Assembly: GCA_002104905.1 (NCBI GenBank)
Contig: MCFE01000193.1
Location: 1 to 64,000, forward strand
DNA: 64,000 bases
Source: Basidiobolus meristosporus CBS 931.73
Taxonomy: Eukaryota; Fungi; Basidiobolomycota
Direction: 5' to 3'
Numbering within the stretch: position 1 is the first letter of the stretch; every line of letters starts with the position of its first letter. Both the position numbers and the translations under genes were made by a program. The notes under the pieces are model-generated. The model saw nothing but the letters and a program-made list of their open reading frames with translations. It ran no database searches and was not told the DNA's origin. Of the stretch, positions 1 through 10,897 are shown piece after piece.

Positions 1-826
1 GAACCCTAAGTCTTGCTAATATCAAGCTTACCAGTCATTGCACTATGGCAAATATACTTGATAAAAATATTACTAAAGTGTTTTCTCTAGATGTCTTGTA
101 CCAATTTGACTGAAATTGCTTTATACACACCTTTCAGGACTTTCCTGATTAATACTCACTTGGCTCCTTTTTCATGAAAATATCACTGCAATAAGATTCA
201 TCTCCCTTATCAGATACTCCCATACATCTGTTGTTGTATGTTTTCTTAAACATTTCTAAATCTCCCAGGCTGATTTACTCCATTCCAATGTGCATCAAAG
301 CTCTGATATTCCTTGGAATATTGCTTTAAGATGGTTGAAAATTATTATACAAGGGGCATACGTCCCTGCTGACTTCCTCATTTGTTTTAGTTTAGGCTGC
401 ATATAAAGATCTCACCTAATCTTGGCAGCCTTCCCTTCCTTTAACAAGTAAACATTGCCACCTCCTCCCAATGACAGTAACTTATACCTTGAAAGCTGAG
501 GTATCTGAAGAGCTCAAGTGGAGCACCTTGATATTTGAACTTCCAAAGGTGGATAAGAATTGAATGATCAAGTTGAAGCAACGAGCTCGCCCTTGTGAGC
601 ACAATCTTTTCCGTGCATTTGTTTTGTACTTGGTTATTAAAAGCATTTTATTTCCAGCAGAATGGTTGATTGACTGAGATTAGAAAGCCCTGAGTATATT
701 GAGTATTGATTGTGAATCTCATGCATCTATGCAAAAGATGAGCGCATGAGTTAGGCGACATGCAAATGGAGGTTTATTGGGTTTACTGGGGTATTTGGGG
801 ATACTGAACTTGACTCAGAGTCAGCA

Positions 827-1841
827 TCATTGGCCACGACCATAGGCTGATGCTGTGAGATTCAGGGTCTCAAGAGCAATGCGGTTGGGGAATCTTTTCT
901 TCATAAGGTCATAGATCTTTTGGGCTGTATAGCTTTTACCGTAGACGTGGCGATCGAAGTACTCGATATACTCCTTGGTGGCCCGAAGATCAGACACCTG
1001 AGGCTTCTCAGTGCTAGGAACATGCCCAGCAATCACCTTCTTGGGCTTGAGGCGGATGAGATCTGGAGGACAGATTAATACCTGCGTGACACCCCTTCCG
1101 ATATGAATCGACGTATACTTACAGTCCAAGCTGCGAATCCATTTCTTACGATGGCTAGGCTCCTGGGCTTCTGAAAGCCAGACATGCATCCTGCTTGAGT
1201 ACACCATGTCACCTGTGATGAGTGTCTTCTGGGAAGGAATCCAATAAGCTGTCACGTCCTCAACATCACCATCAAATGGTTGCAATAGTTTGATTGGCTC
1301 GTTCTTGTTTCCCCCGAGGGTGATCGACTTGCCTCGGAATGGCTTGGGAATTCTTGGTGCTTGTGGGATCTCACCAGGTGCGTAAGCACCAGTCCATTGC
1401 TTCACTGGAGTGGAATAGAATTTGTGAATGTCAGTAGATGCCAAGGTAAGTGAAAGATGCGGCAGAATTGCAAATACCTTTCTCATCTACATGCTGCCTG
1501 ATTTTCTTCACTACGCTTGGCGATGCATAGAAGCCGGCTTTAGGGTAAGCCTTGAGAATCTCCGTGGCCCCAAAGTAATGATCAGGGTGCTCGTGGGTAG
1601 CAAAGATCTTGGTGACTGGAAGCTTGGTGGTGTTCTTGATGAGAGAGATCATCTCTTGCGCGGATGATCTGGTGAACCCAGCGTCAAGGATAACTACCTC
1701 CCTCTGCCCAATGACAGCGGTTGAGACCTCATACATCGAGGCATCTGAGGAGCTGTGGTGGATCACCTTAAGCTTTGGACTGCCAAAGGCGGATAAGAAC
1801 AGGGCTGAGAGGGTGATTGCTTGGACAACTGGATACTTCAT
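827..1841 (-). CDS. Secreted metallo-beta-lactamase-fold hydrolase, 3 exons (1841-1478, 1404-1123, 1062-827)
   Basis: Signal-peptide-like N-terminus MKYPVVQAITLSALFLSAFG, THEHPDH metal motif, later GD and AGH motifs. Two GT-AG introns (1405-1477, 1063-1122) join the ORF-track fragments in frame (VDEKVKQW; SLDYLIRL). Confidence 0.85.
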
Positions 1842-2595
1842 TATGAATACTGAGCTGGATGTCTGGTGCTTCCTTCCTTCCGTTCTTTATATCTATCCAA
1901 GCTTCCAGTCCAATACAAAGAATTAGTAATCAACTGCTCAAATGACGGCCCTGGAAATTGTGAATGATGGTACACTTCCCAAGATGACTAGTATATGTGC
2001 CCTGGATCAAGCCCCGGATAAAAGGTCAATGTTTGGATAGGGCGCTTGTATTTATTCGGGATGGGCAATCTGGAGAGCTCTCTATTTGACGCATGGATGA
2101 CCCGATCACATCAACACAGCCATATCAGCCATCTTCTAATGCACTTAATCTGATTGTAAGCGAGTCATTGACGATTCACATGCTCAACACCGAATATAGA
2201 AACAGAAATTCAAGAATTGAGGGGTTCGTTGCCTTCTTTATCCTTGCTAGAATACATAGCAGTAATCGAGCCAAGCACTAGCAAATATTCACAGGGCACC
2301 AAACAAGGCTACTCGTTTGATTTGAACACCTGTGCTTGATCCAATCATGTCGATGCTCCTTGGACAGAATTCGGTAAAAACGACCATACCCGGTCAGGGC
2401 GCTCTCAGGAATATATGATCGGCTTGAACACTTTACCCAATAAAGGAATCAATAAAGATTAAATAGCTCTAGAGTACTTTGGCTATGTTTCTCAATACCA
2501 TCATTCCACGAACTGGGTCGCATTTATCACAACTTGTTTGACGTGAAACCTATCGGCGACCTCCAACTCCACATGAATGATTGCTTTTTGCTACA

Positions 2596-2823
2596 CTATG
2601 GGGAGTTGAAATTTTCTATACACACAAGAGTGCGTACACAATCTTTATTTTGAATTGTTAAATTCCTTTTGGATAGTGTGCCCTTCCAACGGCTCGCCTC
2701 TTCATGGATCTGGGATGCCTTCTCTAGTGACTCTTGATGCTTCTCGGCTGAGACATTGGGATTGTGAGCGGCAGCCTTGAGTTTTCTTTCGACGTTTCTG
2801 GGGTTATTTCCTTCATATTCCAT
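2596..2823 (-). pseudogene. con-6: Con-6-like copy 1, frameshifted
   Basis: 7-bp deletion (GCGTACA) relative to copy 2 shifts the frame past the ancestral TAA at 2645-2647. The conserved NPGNVEGG is changed to NPRNVERK. Confidence 0.7.
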
Positions 2824-3243
2824 GGTGCTTTTGATTATTCGAAAAACGTTATGTGGAAGAAGGAGACTTTGACTGGCTTATATACACAAACCATACCCCC
2901 TACGGTATTACTGTTCTTAGCACGTACTGAGTTTGTAACTCACTGAATTTTAAATGTGCAGTCAAACAAGTGGAGGATACTCGTAGTTTAATATCCCATG
3001 TCCCTAGAACCCCTTGGTTGCATATTAAGCAAGTGACTTTGGTATTTTATTGCTCTCTACTTGATTAAGACTCCCATTTCATGCACATCTTTTGCTTTGA
3101 CATAAATGATATAGTAATGGGATTTTAAGGTACACTCAATAGTGTGTCTTTGGCAAGCTTATAAACACGAGCCAAACTCCTTACAGCATCAGTGTCTGTG
3201 TTGGCCAACGATCTATGCTATAAAGATTGCGGCAACTGTGACA

Positions 3244-3271
3244 CGATCGATATTGACAGCGTAGATCGGGA
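3244..3271. promoter_or_regulatory. Bipartite GATC element upstream of Con-6 copy 1
   Basis: CGATCGAT-attgacagcgt-AGATCGGGA; counterpart upstream of every copy. Confidence 0.55.
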
Positions 3272-3712
3272 TAGCTTTGGGTGCGCAGTGTTGTACCTGA
3301 CCGGATTTGACTGAAATACGATGTTTGATCGAGGTTGGAAGTGCAATAAATAAGAATGAAGCGTGGCATACTAGCACAGTAGTCACCTTTTCTTCCTCTT
3401 CATTTCTTGTACATCTGAAGCTTTACTGCATGTGTATATGATATTTCTCAACATGATGATTTTATTTACTTGCAAGATATTCATATTCATTTTGTGCTTG
3501 GGTTCTTGCTTGGACACGCTTCATGATGAGACACTGAGATCTAGGAGGGCCACAAATCTCGAATTCTCGAAAGTCTCTCATGTTACAATTACTAGGTGGC
3601 CTAAGGACGAGTTAGGTAAGGTCTGCATGAATGAACAAGTACAAATCCACAAAATAGTTGGACTCCATACAATGGCAAAGTTAGCATCGTTAATCAGCAT
3701 ACGCATTAGTCT

Positions 3713-3898
3713 TTATTTTGAATCCTTGGATTCCTTCTGTATAGTTTGATCCTTTAATGGCTCGCCTGTACGCTCTTCATGGATCTTGGACGCCTTCTCT
3801 AGTGACTCCTGTTGCTTCTCGGCTGAGACGTTGGGATTGTGAGCGGCAGCCTTAAATCCTCCTTCAACGTTTCCGGGGTTCTTTCCTTCGTATTCCAT
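3713..3898 (-). CDS. con-6: Con-6-like conidiation/spore protein copy 2 (61 aa)
   Basis: KNPGNVEGGFKAAAHNPNVSAEKQQES matches the Con-6 pattern NPGNVxGGxKAxxxNPNVSxE. Confidence 0.85.
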   Translation of the reverse strand: MEYEGKNPGNVEGGFKAAAHNPNVSAEKQQESLEKASKIHEERTGEPLKDQTIQKESKDSK

Positions 3899-4016
3899 GG
3901 TGCTCTCGAGCTATTAGAGAAATGATCTGTGGAAGAAGGCACCTTTAACTGGCTTATATACGCGAGCCTTACCCCGTATGGCACCAGTGTCTGGTCATTG
4001 TCGACGACATTTCTGA

Positions 4017-4044
4017 CGATCGATCTATACCATATAGATCGCGA
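4017..4044. promoter_or_regulatory. Bipartite GATC element upstream of Con-6 copy 2
   Basis: CGATCGAT-ctataccatat-AGATCGCGA. Confidence 0.6.
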
Positions 4045-4601
4045 TGACTGCGGGATATTAGAATTAATAAATACACGATCGATGAGAAGATTATGCCAAG
4101 TACACAATCAATGATCAAGGTCAATAAGTGTCATGATCGATGAGATGACTATGCCAAATTAGCTAGGCTCTATTGATGACGCGCAAGTCTCATATAGGAT
4201 AGTGGCTAATCCAGTATTTCACACATGGCTCTGCTTAATTAGATTTGCATGAACTCCCATCGGTGATACCCAAGTCACATTGATACATATATGCCAAGGA
4301 ATACACTACCGAAGCCTTCACTTTCCAAGGTTGCATGAGCATCTGCATTAGACTTGTTCCATTGTGCCAGAAAGTGCAGTTTATTTTGTTATCAATTTGT
4401 TAAGTTTTTGATTTTGATCCTAATCTGTCACTGTGATCATGATGGAACAAGTACATTGTGTTTATGACCCACCAGACTCCAAATGTACGCTCGAACATGT
4501 GAAGTATACACGTAGTTATATACAGATGTACACGATAACAAGTCAAGATAAGTAACACGATAACCAAAGTTTCAAGGTACACTTGATAATGTGCCCGAAT
4601 T

Positions 4602-4778
4602 TTATTTTGATTCCTTTTCAATGGTCTGCCCTTCCAGCGGTTTGCCAGTACGCTCCTCATGGATCTGCGATGCCTTCTCTAGTGATTCTTGTTGCTTCTC
4701 GGCTGAGACGTTGGGATTGTGAGCGGCGGCCTTGAGTCCTCCTTCAACGTTTCCTGGGTTCTTTCCTTCGTATTCCAT
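4602..4778 (-). CDS. con-6: Con-6-like copy 3 (58 aa; below ORF-track cutoff)
   Basis: Manual translation MEYEGKNPGNVEGGLKAAAHNPNVSAEKQQESLEKASQIHEERTGKPLEGQTIEKESK-stop; in-frame 9-bp C-terminal deletion. Confidence 0.85.
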   Translation of the reverse strand: MEYEGKNPGNVEGGLKAAAHNPNVSAEKQQESLEKASQIHEERTGKPLEGQTIEKESK

Positions 4779-4925
4779 GATGCTTTTGGGTTATTTGAGA
4801 AATGATATGTGGGAGAAGGAGCCTCTGGTGCGCTTATATACTCAACCTATTTTCTCAGTGACATCATGCATAATGAGCGCTTCATGACTAGCTTCAGTCA
4901 ATGCCATTATGCTATCTGTCTGAGG

Positions 4926-4944
4926 CGATCGATATCTACAGATC
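4926..4944. promoter_or_regulatory. Bipartite GATC element upstream of Con-6 copy 3 (short spacer)
   Basis: CGATCGAT-atctac-AGATC. Confidence 0.55.
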
Positions 4945-5325
4945 AGCATTGCTTTGGCATATTCGACCGTTTACGCAGCAGTTTGTCTGATACACGATGT
5001 ATGATCGAGGTTGATAAGTGAATTAAGTACTGTTGATATCTATGCACTAACGGTACATTATCCAGTGTTTCCTCCGCTTCATTTCGCATCTTTGAGCTTG
5101 GATCCTCGCTCGGACACACTTAATAATGAGATCCCAAGGTATAGGAGGACTTCAAATCTCGAAATCTAAATGCCTGACCCGCTACAAATGTGAGTTGACC
5201 TACAGATGAATCGGGTAAAGCAGCCTCCATGAACCAACGCGTACAAATTCATCATGCAGTTGATTTTCATATAATAGCAAGACTAACATCACTAATCAGC
5301 GCACACGTTAAAACGGGCAATGTTT

Positions 5326-5511
5326 TTATTTTGAATCCTTGGATTCCTTTTCAATGGTCTGCCCTTCCAGTGGTTTGCCAGTACGCTCCTCGTGGATCTG
5401 GGACGCCTTCTCTAGTGATTCTTGTTGCTTCTCGGCTGAGACGTTGGGATTGTGAGCTGCAGCCTTGAATCCTCCTTCAACGTTTCCGGGGTTCTTTCCT
5501 TCGTACTCCAT
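5326..5511 (-). CDS. con-6: Con-6-like copy 4 (61 aa)
   Basis: Same Con-6 motif, intact ORF. Confidence 0.85.
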   Translation of the reverse strand: MEYEGKNPGNVEGGFKAAAHNPNVSAEKQQESLEKASQIHEERTGKPLEGQTIEKESKDSK

Positions 5512-5661
5512 GGTGTTTCTGTGTTGCCAGATAGATCTTCTATGGAAGAAGAAACCTTATGGGAGCTTATATACTCGACCTATACGTCCACAGTGACATC
5601 ATGAATGGTGAGCCCTTCGAGTCAAGTTTCATTTAATGGCGTTATACTATCGACTTCAGAA

Positions 5662-5689
5662 TGATCGATGTTCAACGCGTAGATCGGGA
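5662..5689. promoter_or_regulatory. Bipartite GATC element upstream of Con-6 copy 4
   Basis: TGATCGAT-gttcaacgcgt-AGATCGGGA. Confidence 0.6.
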
Positions 5690-6261
5690 AAACGCTGGCA
5701 TTGTTTACATTGAAGCTCGGGCGATTGGATTTGGTTGATAGACACTGTATGATTGAAGCGCCCATCGAGGAGATCGATGTATAAGAATGCGACACTTGGC
5801 CCCAATCACGGAAACGACCGCTCTATCCATTTCTTCAAGCTAATCTAAAGCAACTCGCGGCAACACTATATATCGGTCCAAATATGCACTGGATGCACTT
5901 ATCGGTTTTTCAAAACCACAACCCCTGCTGTGTACAATACTGCTCATCATCGGACTAGATTCATGTTTGGAGGTACTGAGTGAACATTCCCTATTGTAGG
6001 CGCATTCTATGGTGATGTCACGAAGTTCGATAAAATCCCGGTCAAGTTGCAACTATTACATTATCGAGGAATCGAGCAAACTAATGAACATTTATGTTTC
6101 CAGAACATCAGATCCAACTGGTACTCGATCGATAAACAGATTCATCTAGTAAAGTCAGCTGGAGCGGCAATAGACAACACTCCACTCTTATCACAATTTT
6201 ATATACGGCCTTGGTCATGGTAACCGAGATTTCAAAGTACACAGTAAAGTGTGTCTGTTCT

Positions 6262-6447
6262 TTATTTTGAATCCTTGGATTCCTTTTCAATGGTTTGCCC
6301 TTCCAGTGGTTTGCCAGTACGCTCCTCATGGATCTGCGATGCCTTCTCTAGCGATTCTTGTTGCTTCTCGGCTGAGACGTTGGGATTGTGAGCGGCGGCC
6401 TTGAGTCCTCCTTCAACGTTTCCTGGGTTCTTTCCTTCGTATTCCAT
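6262..6447 (-). CDS. con-6: Con-6-like copy 5 (61 aa)
   Basis: Same Con-6 motif, intact ORF. Confidence 0.85.
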   Translation of the reverse strand: MEYEGKNPGNVEGGLKAAAHNPNVSAEKQQESLEKASQIHEERTGKPLEGQTIEKESKDSK

Positions 6448-6597
6448 GGTGCTTTTGAGTTATTCGAGAAATGATATGTGGAAGAAGGAGCCTCTGGTGC
6501 GGTTAAATACTCGACCTATGTTTCCAGTGACATCATGAATGGTGACCAGCATTGCGTGTTTAGTTTCAGCTAATAGCATCATGGTAACGACAGGAGG

Positions 6598-6625
6598 CGA
6601 TCGATTCCCATGGTACAGATCGGGA
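6598..6625. promoter_or_regulatory. Bipartite GATC element upstream of Con-6 copy 5
   Basis: CGATCGAT-tcccatggtac-AGATCGGGA. Confidence 0.6.
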
Positions 6626-8366
6626 TAACGTTGGAAATATCCCATCTTTGTCATCGTTTACGCAGCAGTTTGTCTGATCGGATCGGACTGATACATAGTG
6701 TATGATTGAGGCCACCAAGTGCAATAATCAAAAGCAATGAATGAGAATGCAGCATCTGACCCCAAGTGCGGTTGACATCTACACCCTAGTTATGTTCTAT
6801 TCATTTCCCGATGTTGAGCATGCCTCGGAAATGCTATTCTATATCCACCTTTACTTTGGCTGTATGCCTAGTGCATTGAATATTGCTTATATGCATACTC
6901 TAAGCTTTCTATTTACACGATACACGCTTGAACACACTTGATGGCGAGATCCTTGGGTTTGAGAAGACCACATACCTCAGACCCTAGAGGTCTGTCCCGT
7001 TACCAATGCCATGTGAGCTATAGATGAATCAGGTATGGCAGCCCGCATGAATGAACACGTACTATTGATATGGCTGATATTTTTGTTCAACACGTGATCA
7101 ACAGCAATATTGCATAGCAACATGATTACAGTGCCAAAGTCAGATGATAGAGTTGGTGTGCAGCTGAATTACATTCTGATTTCATCATCTCTGACAAATC
7201 TCTGTGAGCCATATACCTCTTAACCGCAGTAGTATACACCTTCACCATGGGCCCAAGCTGTATTTGATACTATTTACATAGCATGGTAAAGATGCCCTTG
7301 ATACCCAATCATTCCAGTGGAAGTGTTATTCCAGCCCAAACTCTTAACATAACCTATGTTGGTGGTCATTGGGAAGTAACTAGAGCAATGAGTGACAACA
7401 AAGGAATTTCTGCTTTGGTAGATTTAGAAAAGCATTATGGAGAGATTTCAAAGGAATCATGCAGGGATCTTCTGAGCAATGAGCCTTTCCATCATTTCAA
7501 CATTTCTACAATCCTCAGCATAAAAGCAAGCATATCGCCCAGTCAAGACAATTGAGCAATTAGAGCAATTAGGGCAATTAGGGCAATACTACTAATTTCT
7601 GTTGATTGTATGTTGAGATTGGGATCCATGACATTTCTGAATACCAAGGAATTACTAAGCGTATACCTTTTCAATGTGTCAGATGCATCCACTGGAGCAC
7701 CCTATGCTCCTCAAAACTTCGTATACATATAATAGGCTCTTTCATAATTCCAGCTATATCTTCATTGACACAGCAAATCATATCTTATTCTTTTACCTCG
7801 CCACTAGATATCAAAGAGCTCTTAGGTTTACATGAAAATACTGCTTTACTTGCGTAAGGTGGTGCAGTATAGCTCTGTCATCTAGGTTCTATTAATCTAT
7901 GCCAAGAAGTGGATTCAGTGGCGTAGTTTTTGATGATATTAACAAACCAGACTTAGTATAGATCCAATTCATACAAGTAGATCGAAATCCAGGGCCATAT
8001 CGTGTTCAGGATGAAAAATCCCCTTCTGTGCGCCTGTACATTCCCATTGTGTAGTTAAACCCAGCCTGCAGTCGAATAAAAACACAATAGACTGGGAATT
8101 ATAAGAATAAGCGAGATGGAGCGTATCCTGTGGGGCTAAACGAGATCAGGATGGTTGATCAAAGTCCCATATACTTACACCAGATAACCTTAATTTTTTG
8201 TGACAATAATATTTCTCACACTCGAACTGTCAGTGTGACTTGTGGCGAGGTGGTAATACCTTTATCCATGTTGTGGAGAAACTAATATGCACCATGGTAC
8301 AAGCACTCGAAGTATAAAGGAGGTTGAGGGTGCATCCACCAAAGGCAAACCAAGGTTATACTCACT

Positions 8367-10106
8367 ATGAGAAAAGACGAAGTCACCATTTCTGGAGCAG
8401 ACGAAAAAGACTACATCGCAACCGAGCCTGGTGCGTACCCAGACACTCAGGAGAGCAATATCAAATGGTACATGCGCAATCTTTGCACCAGAGAAGGCTG
8501 GCTAGGAGAATATGATTTTGGCTTCCTTTGCCTACCAAATCTGCCGGGCTTTAGAAAACAAGAGCCGGCGAAGTTTATTGGGATCAAAGACCGCCTACCA
8601 CTGGCCGTTGCATTCATCATGGGTTTCCAGCATTGTTTGGCCATGTTGGCGGGTGTAGTCACGCCTCCACTCATTCTGTCCGGACCTGGCCCCAAGCACA
8701 TGAACCTCAACACCGATTATCGCTCGTACCTCATTTCAGCTTCACTCATTACATGCGGCCTGCTCTCGACGATTCAGATGACTCGGTGGAGAATTCCGGG
8801 AACTCGCTACTACATGGGGACTGGGCTCATCACGGTTGTCGGCACCTCGTTCACCATCATGCCGGTGGCGGAGTCGTCATTTGACTACATGTACCAATCC
8901 AACTTCTGCCCTTCAGTGAAGGATGATGCAGGCGTGATTACTGAGTATCTTCCTTGTCCGCAAGCTTACGGAGCACTTCTTGGGACCACCATGACCTGCT
9001 CGATCTTGATGATTCTTATTTCATTTGTCCCAGCTAAGGTGCTGCATAAACTCTTTCCTCCACTTGTGACCGGGATTACCGTAACTCTGATTGGTGCGCA
9101 TTTGGTCGGCTCAGGCTTGAAGAACTGGGGTGGTGGAAGCGGTCCCTGCATTTCTCGCCCAACTAGTGGAAACTTCACGCTTTGTCCCGATATCAGCTAT
9201 CCTAATGCTTTGCCCTGGGGTCACATCAAGTACATGGGGCTTGGCTTCTTGGTGTTCATTTCCATCATTCTTTTCGACATTTTCGGCTCTCACTTCATGC
9301 GCTCGGCCGAAGTGGTACTTGGCTTGATTGTTGGCTTGATCGTCTCTTGGTCCACTGGCTACGTGAACACCCAGGTCATCAACGAAGCCCCTGTCGTCAC
9401 TTTTCTCTGGGTCAAGACCTTTCCGCTCGACATTTATACGCCAGCAATTATCCCGATGTTGGTGATTTACATGTTGATCGCGGTGGAATCCATTGGTACC
9501 ATTAGCGCGTGTTGTGATGTCTCGGGTGTTGAGGTGTCTGGGCCGGTGTTTGAGACTCGTATCCAAGGCGGAGTTTTGGCTGATGGGATCAACAGTTTGC
9601 TGGCGGGCGCTTTCACCAATCCACCCATGTCAACCTTTGCGCAGAACAACGGGATCGTGGCATTGACCCGGTGTGCCAACCTCACCACCGGCTACGCCTG
9701 CTGCTTCTTCCTCGTGTTCTTGGGGGTTTTCTCCAAGTTGGCCTCAGTGTTCCTCGCCATTCCGCAGTCTGTACTTGGCGGAATGACCACTTTCTTGTTT
9801 GCGAACGTGCTGGTCTCTGGGATCCGTATTCTTTCCTATCTTAAATGGACTCGTCGTGATCGATTCATCGCGGCAGCTTCAATGACCCTCGGGATGGGCA
9901 CCACCATCAAGGAAGACTGGTTCTCATACGCTCTCACCGCCTACAGAGGCTCCAATACCACGGTGAACGGCCTGATTATTTCTGCTGAGATGGTTGTCAA
10001 TTCCGGGTTTACCATTGCCGCACTCATCGCCATCATTCTTAATCTGGTGATGCCAAAGGAACCAGAGGACCTCGAGAACGAGGAGAATGAGGGCCACCCT
10101 GCCTAA
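8367..10106 (+). CDS. uapA: Uric acid/xanthine permease (NAT/NCS2 family, UapA-like), 579 aa, intronless
   Basis: GFQHCLAMLAG TM1 motif, NAT signature FAQNNGIVALTR, many hydrophobic segments. Confidence 0.92.
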   Translation: MRKDEVTISGADEKDYIATEPGAYPDTQESNIKWYMRNLCTREGWLGEYDFGFLCLPNLPGFRKQEPAKFIGIKDRLPLAVAFIMGFQHCLAMLAGVVTPPLILSGPGPKHMNLNTDYRSYLISASLITCGLLSTIQMTRWRIPGTRYYMGTGLITVVGTSFTIMPVAESSFDYMYQSNFCPSVKDDAGVITEYLPCPQAYGALLGTTMTCSILMILISFVPAKVLHKLFPPLVTGITVTLIGAHLVGSGLKNWGGGSGPCISRPTSGNFTLCPDISYPNALPWGHIKYMGLGFLVFISIILFDIFGSHFMRSAEVVLGLIVGLIVSWSTGYVNTQVINEAPVVTFLWVKTFPLDIYTPAIIPMLVIYMLIAVESIGTISACCDVSGVEVSGPVFETRIQGGVLADGINSLLAGAFTNPPMSTFAQNNGIVALTRCANLTTGYACCFFLVFLGVFSKLASVFLAIPQSVLGGMTTFLFANVLVSGIRILSYLKWTRRDRFIAAASMTLGMGTTIKEDWFSYALTAYRGSNTTVNGLIISAEMVVNSGFTIAALIAIILNLVMPKEPEDLENEENEGHPA

Positions 10107-10897
10107 CCCCCTACAGTTCAAAGCACATGTTATCTCTATTGGCAATAAATCGTAACTTATTCATATCCAAGTCTTGCCTCAAAATCTTCCTTCATTGAAG
10201 CTAGTTCCAGGAATCGGAATCCGAACCAACCGAAACGTATGATTGCATTCTTCTCGTAGCCACCCCGACGATCGCAAGGTTCTATTCCCCACAGGGCCCT
10301 GCTTCGAAGATCAGGTGGCTTAGTTGTATGGTCTGACCAAGAAGGCCCCCAAAGTGCCATTCGATTGGTCGCATGTCAAGGTAACCATCACTCCTTATTT
10401 TTGGCATTGTAACATACCAACAGATATTCGAAGCTCCGGATCAACAACTGGCAGACAGTCTGCACATGACTCATCCATGGCCCACTCTTTCGGCAAAGGC
10501 ACTGCGATGTGATTGCTCAAAGCACCTTGAACAATCCACTTCTTGCCTGACACAAAACCATTCAACACATTTCTACACTTATTGGATACGGCGGGCATGC
10601 ATGTAAAAATGTTCGTACTCCGCCATTTTACATGCATGACTGTTGTATCCAATCCTTGCATCTAGAGCCGAGGGCCAATTGGGACTTTTTAACACCTACA
10701 CAACCAGGTTTTCTGCAGCTCACTGTAACATGGGTAAATTGGCGAGTTATCAATACCCGCATTGTTTGTGGAAGCACAAACTCTTCTCCCATTGACCGTA
10801 TGCACCACCTGCCTAAAGGAGGAATCTGTCACACCAGTGAGATATGCACTAAGTCATTTAAAGCCAGGCTGGCCGCTAAAAAAGGGGCAAGTCAATA

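Larger units (their letters stand above)
2596..6447 (-). repeat. Tandem array of five Con-6-like genes (ATG-to-ATG spacing 1075, 880, 733, 936 bp)
   Basis: Five near-identical ORFs in the same orientation, with partly shared flanks. TATATAAG sits 54-55 bp upstream of the ATG in copies 1-4 (2877, 3953, 4833, 5566); copy 5 has TATTTAA. Confidence 0.95.

Noticed and set aside
1-820. CpG-poor sequence at the window start, possible TE relic
   Set aside because: No termini, ORF or recognisable domain; cannot be classified from sequence alone.
7556-7587. GCAATTAG(A/G) x3.5 containing TTAGGG twice, as a possible interstitial telomere
   Set aside because: The unit is 9 bp, not a TTAGGG tandem; a short minisatellite.
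7283-7857. 90-aa and 83-aa ORFs
   Set aside because: No motif, short, in CpG-poor repeat-like DNA.
8180-8270. GATAA sites upstream of uapA as nitrogen-repression elements
   Set aside because: Only two 5-mers, expected by chance.
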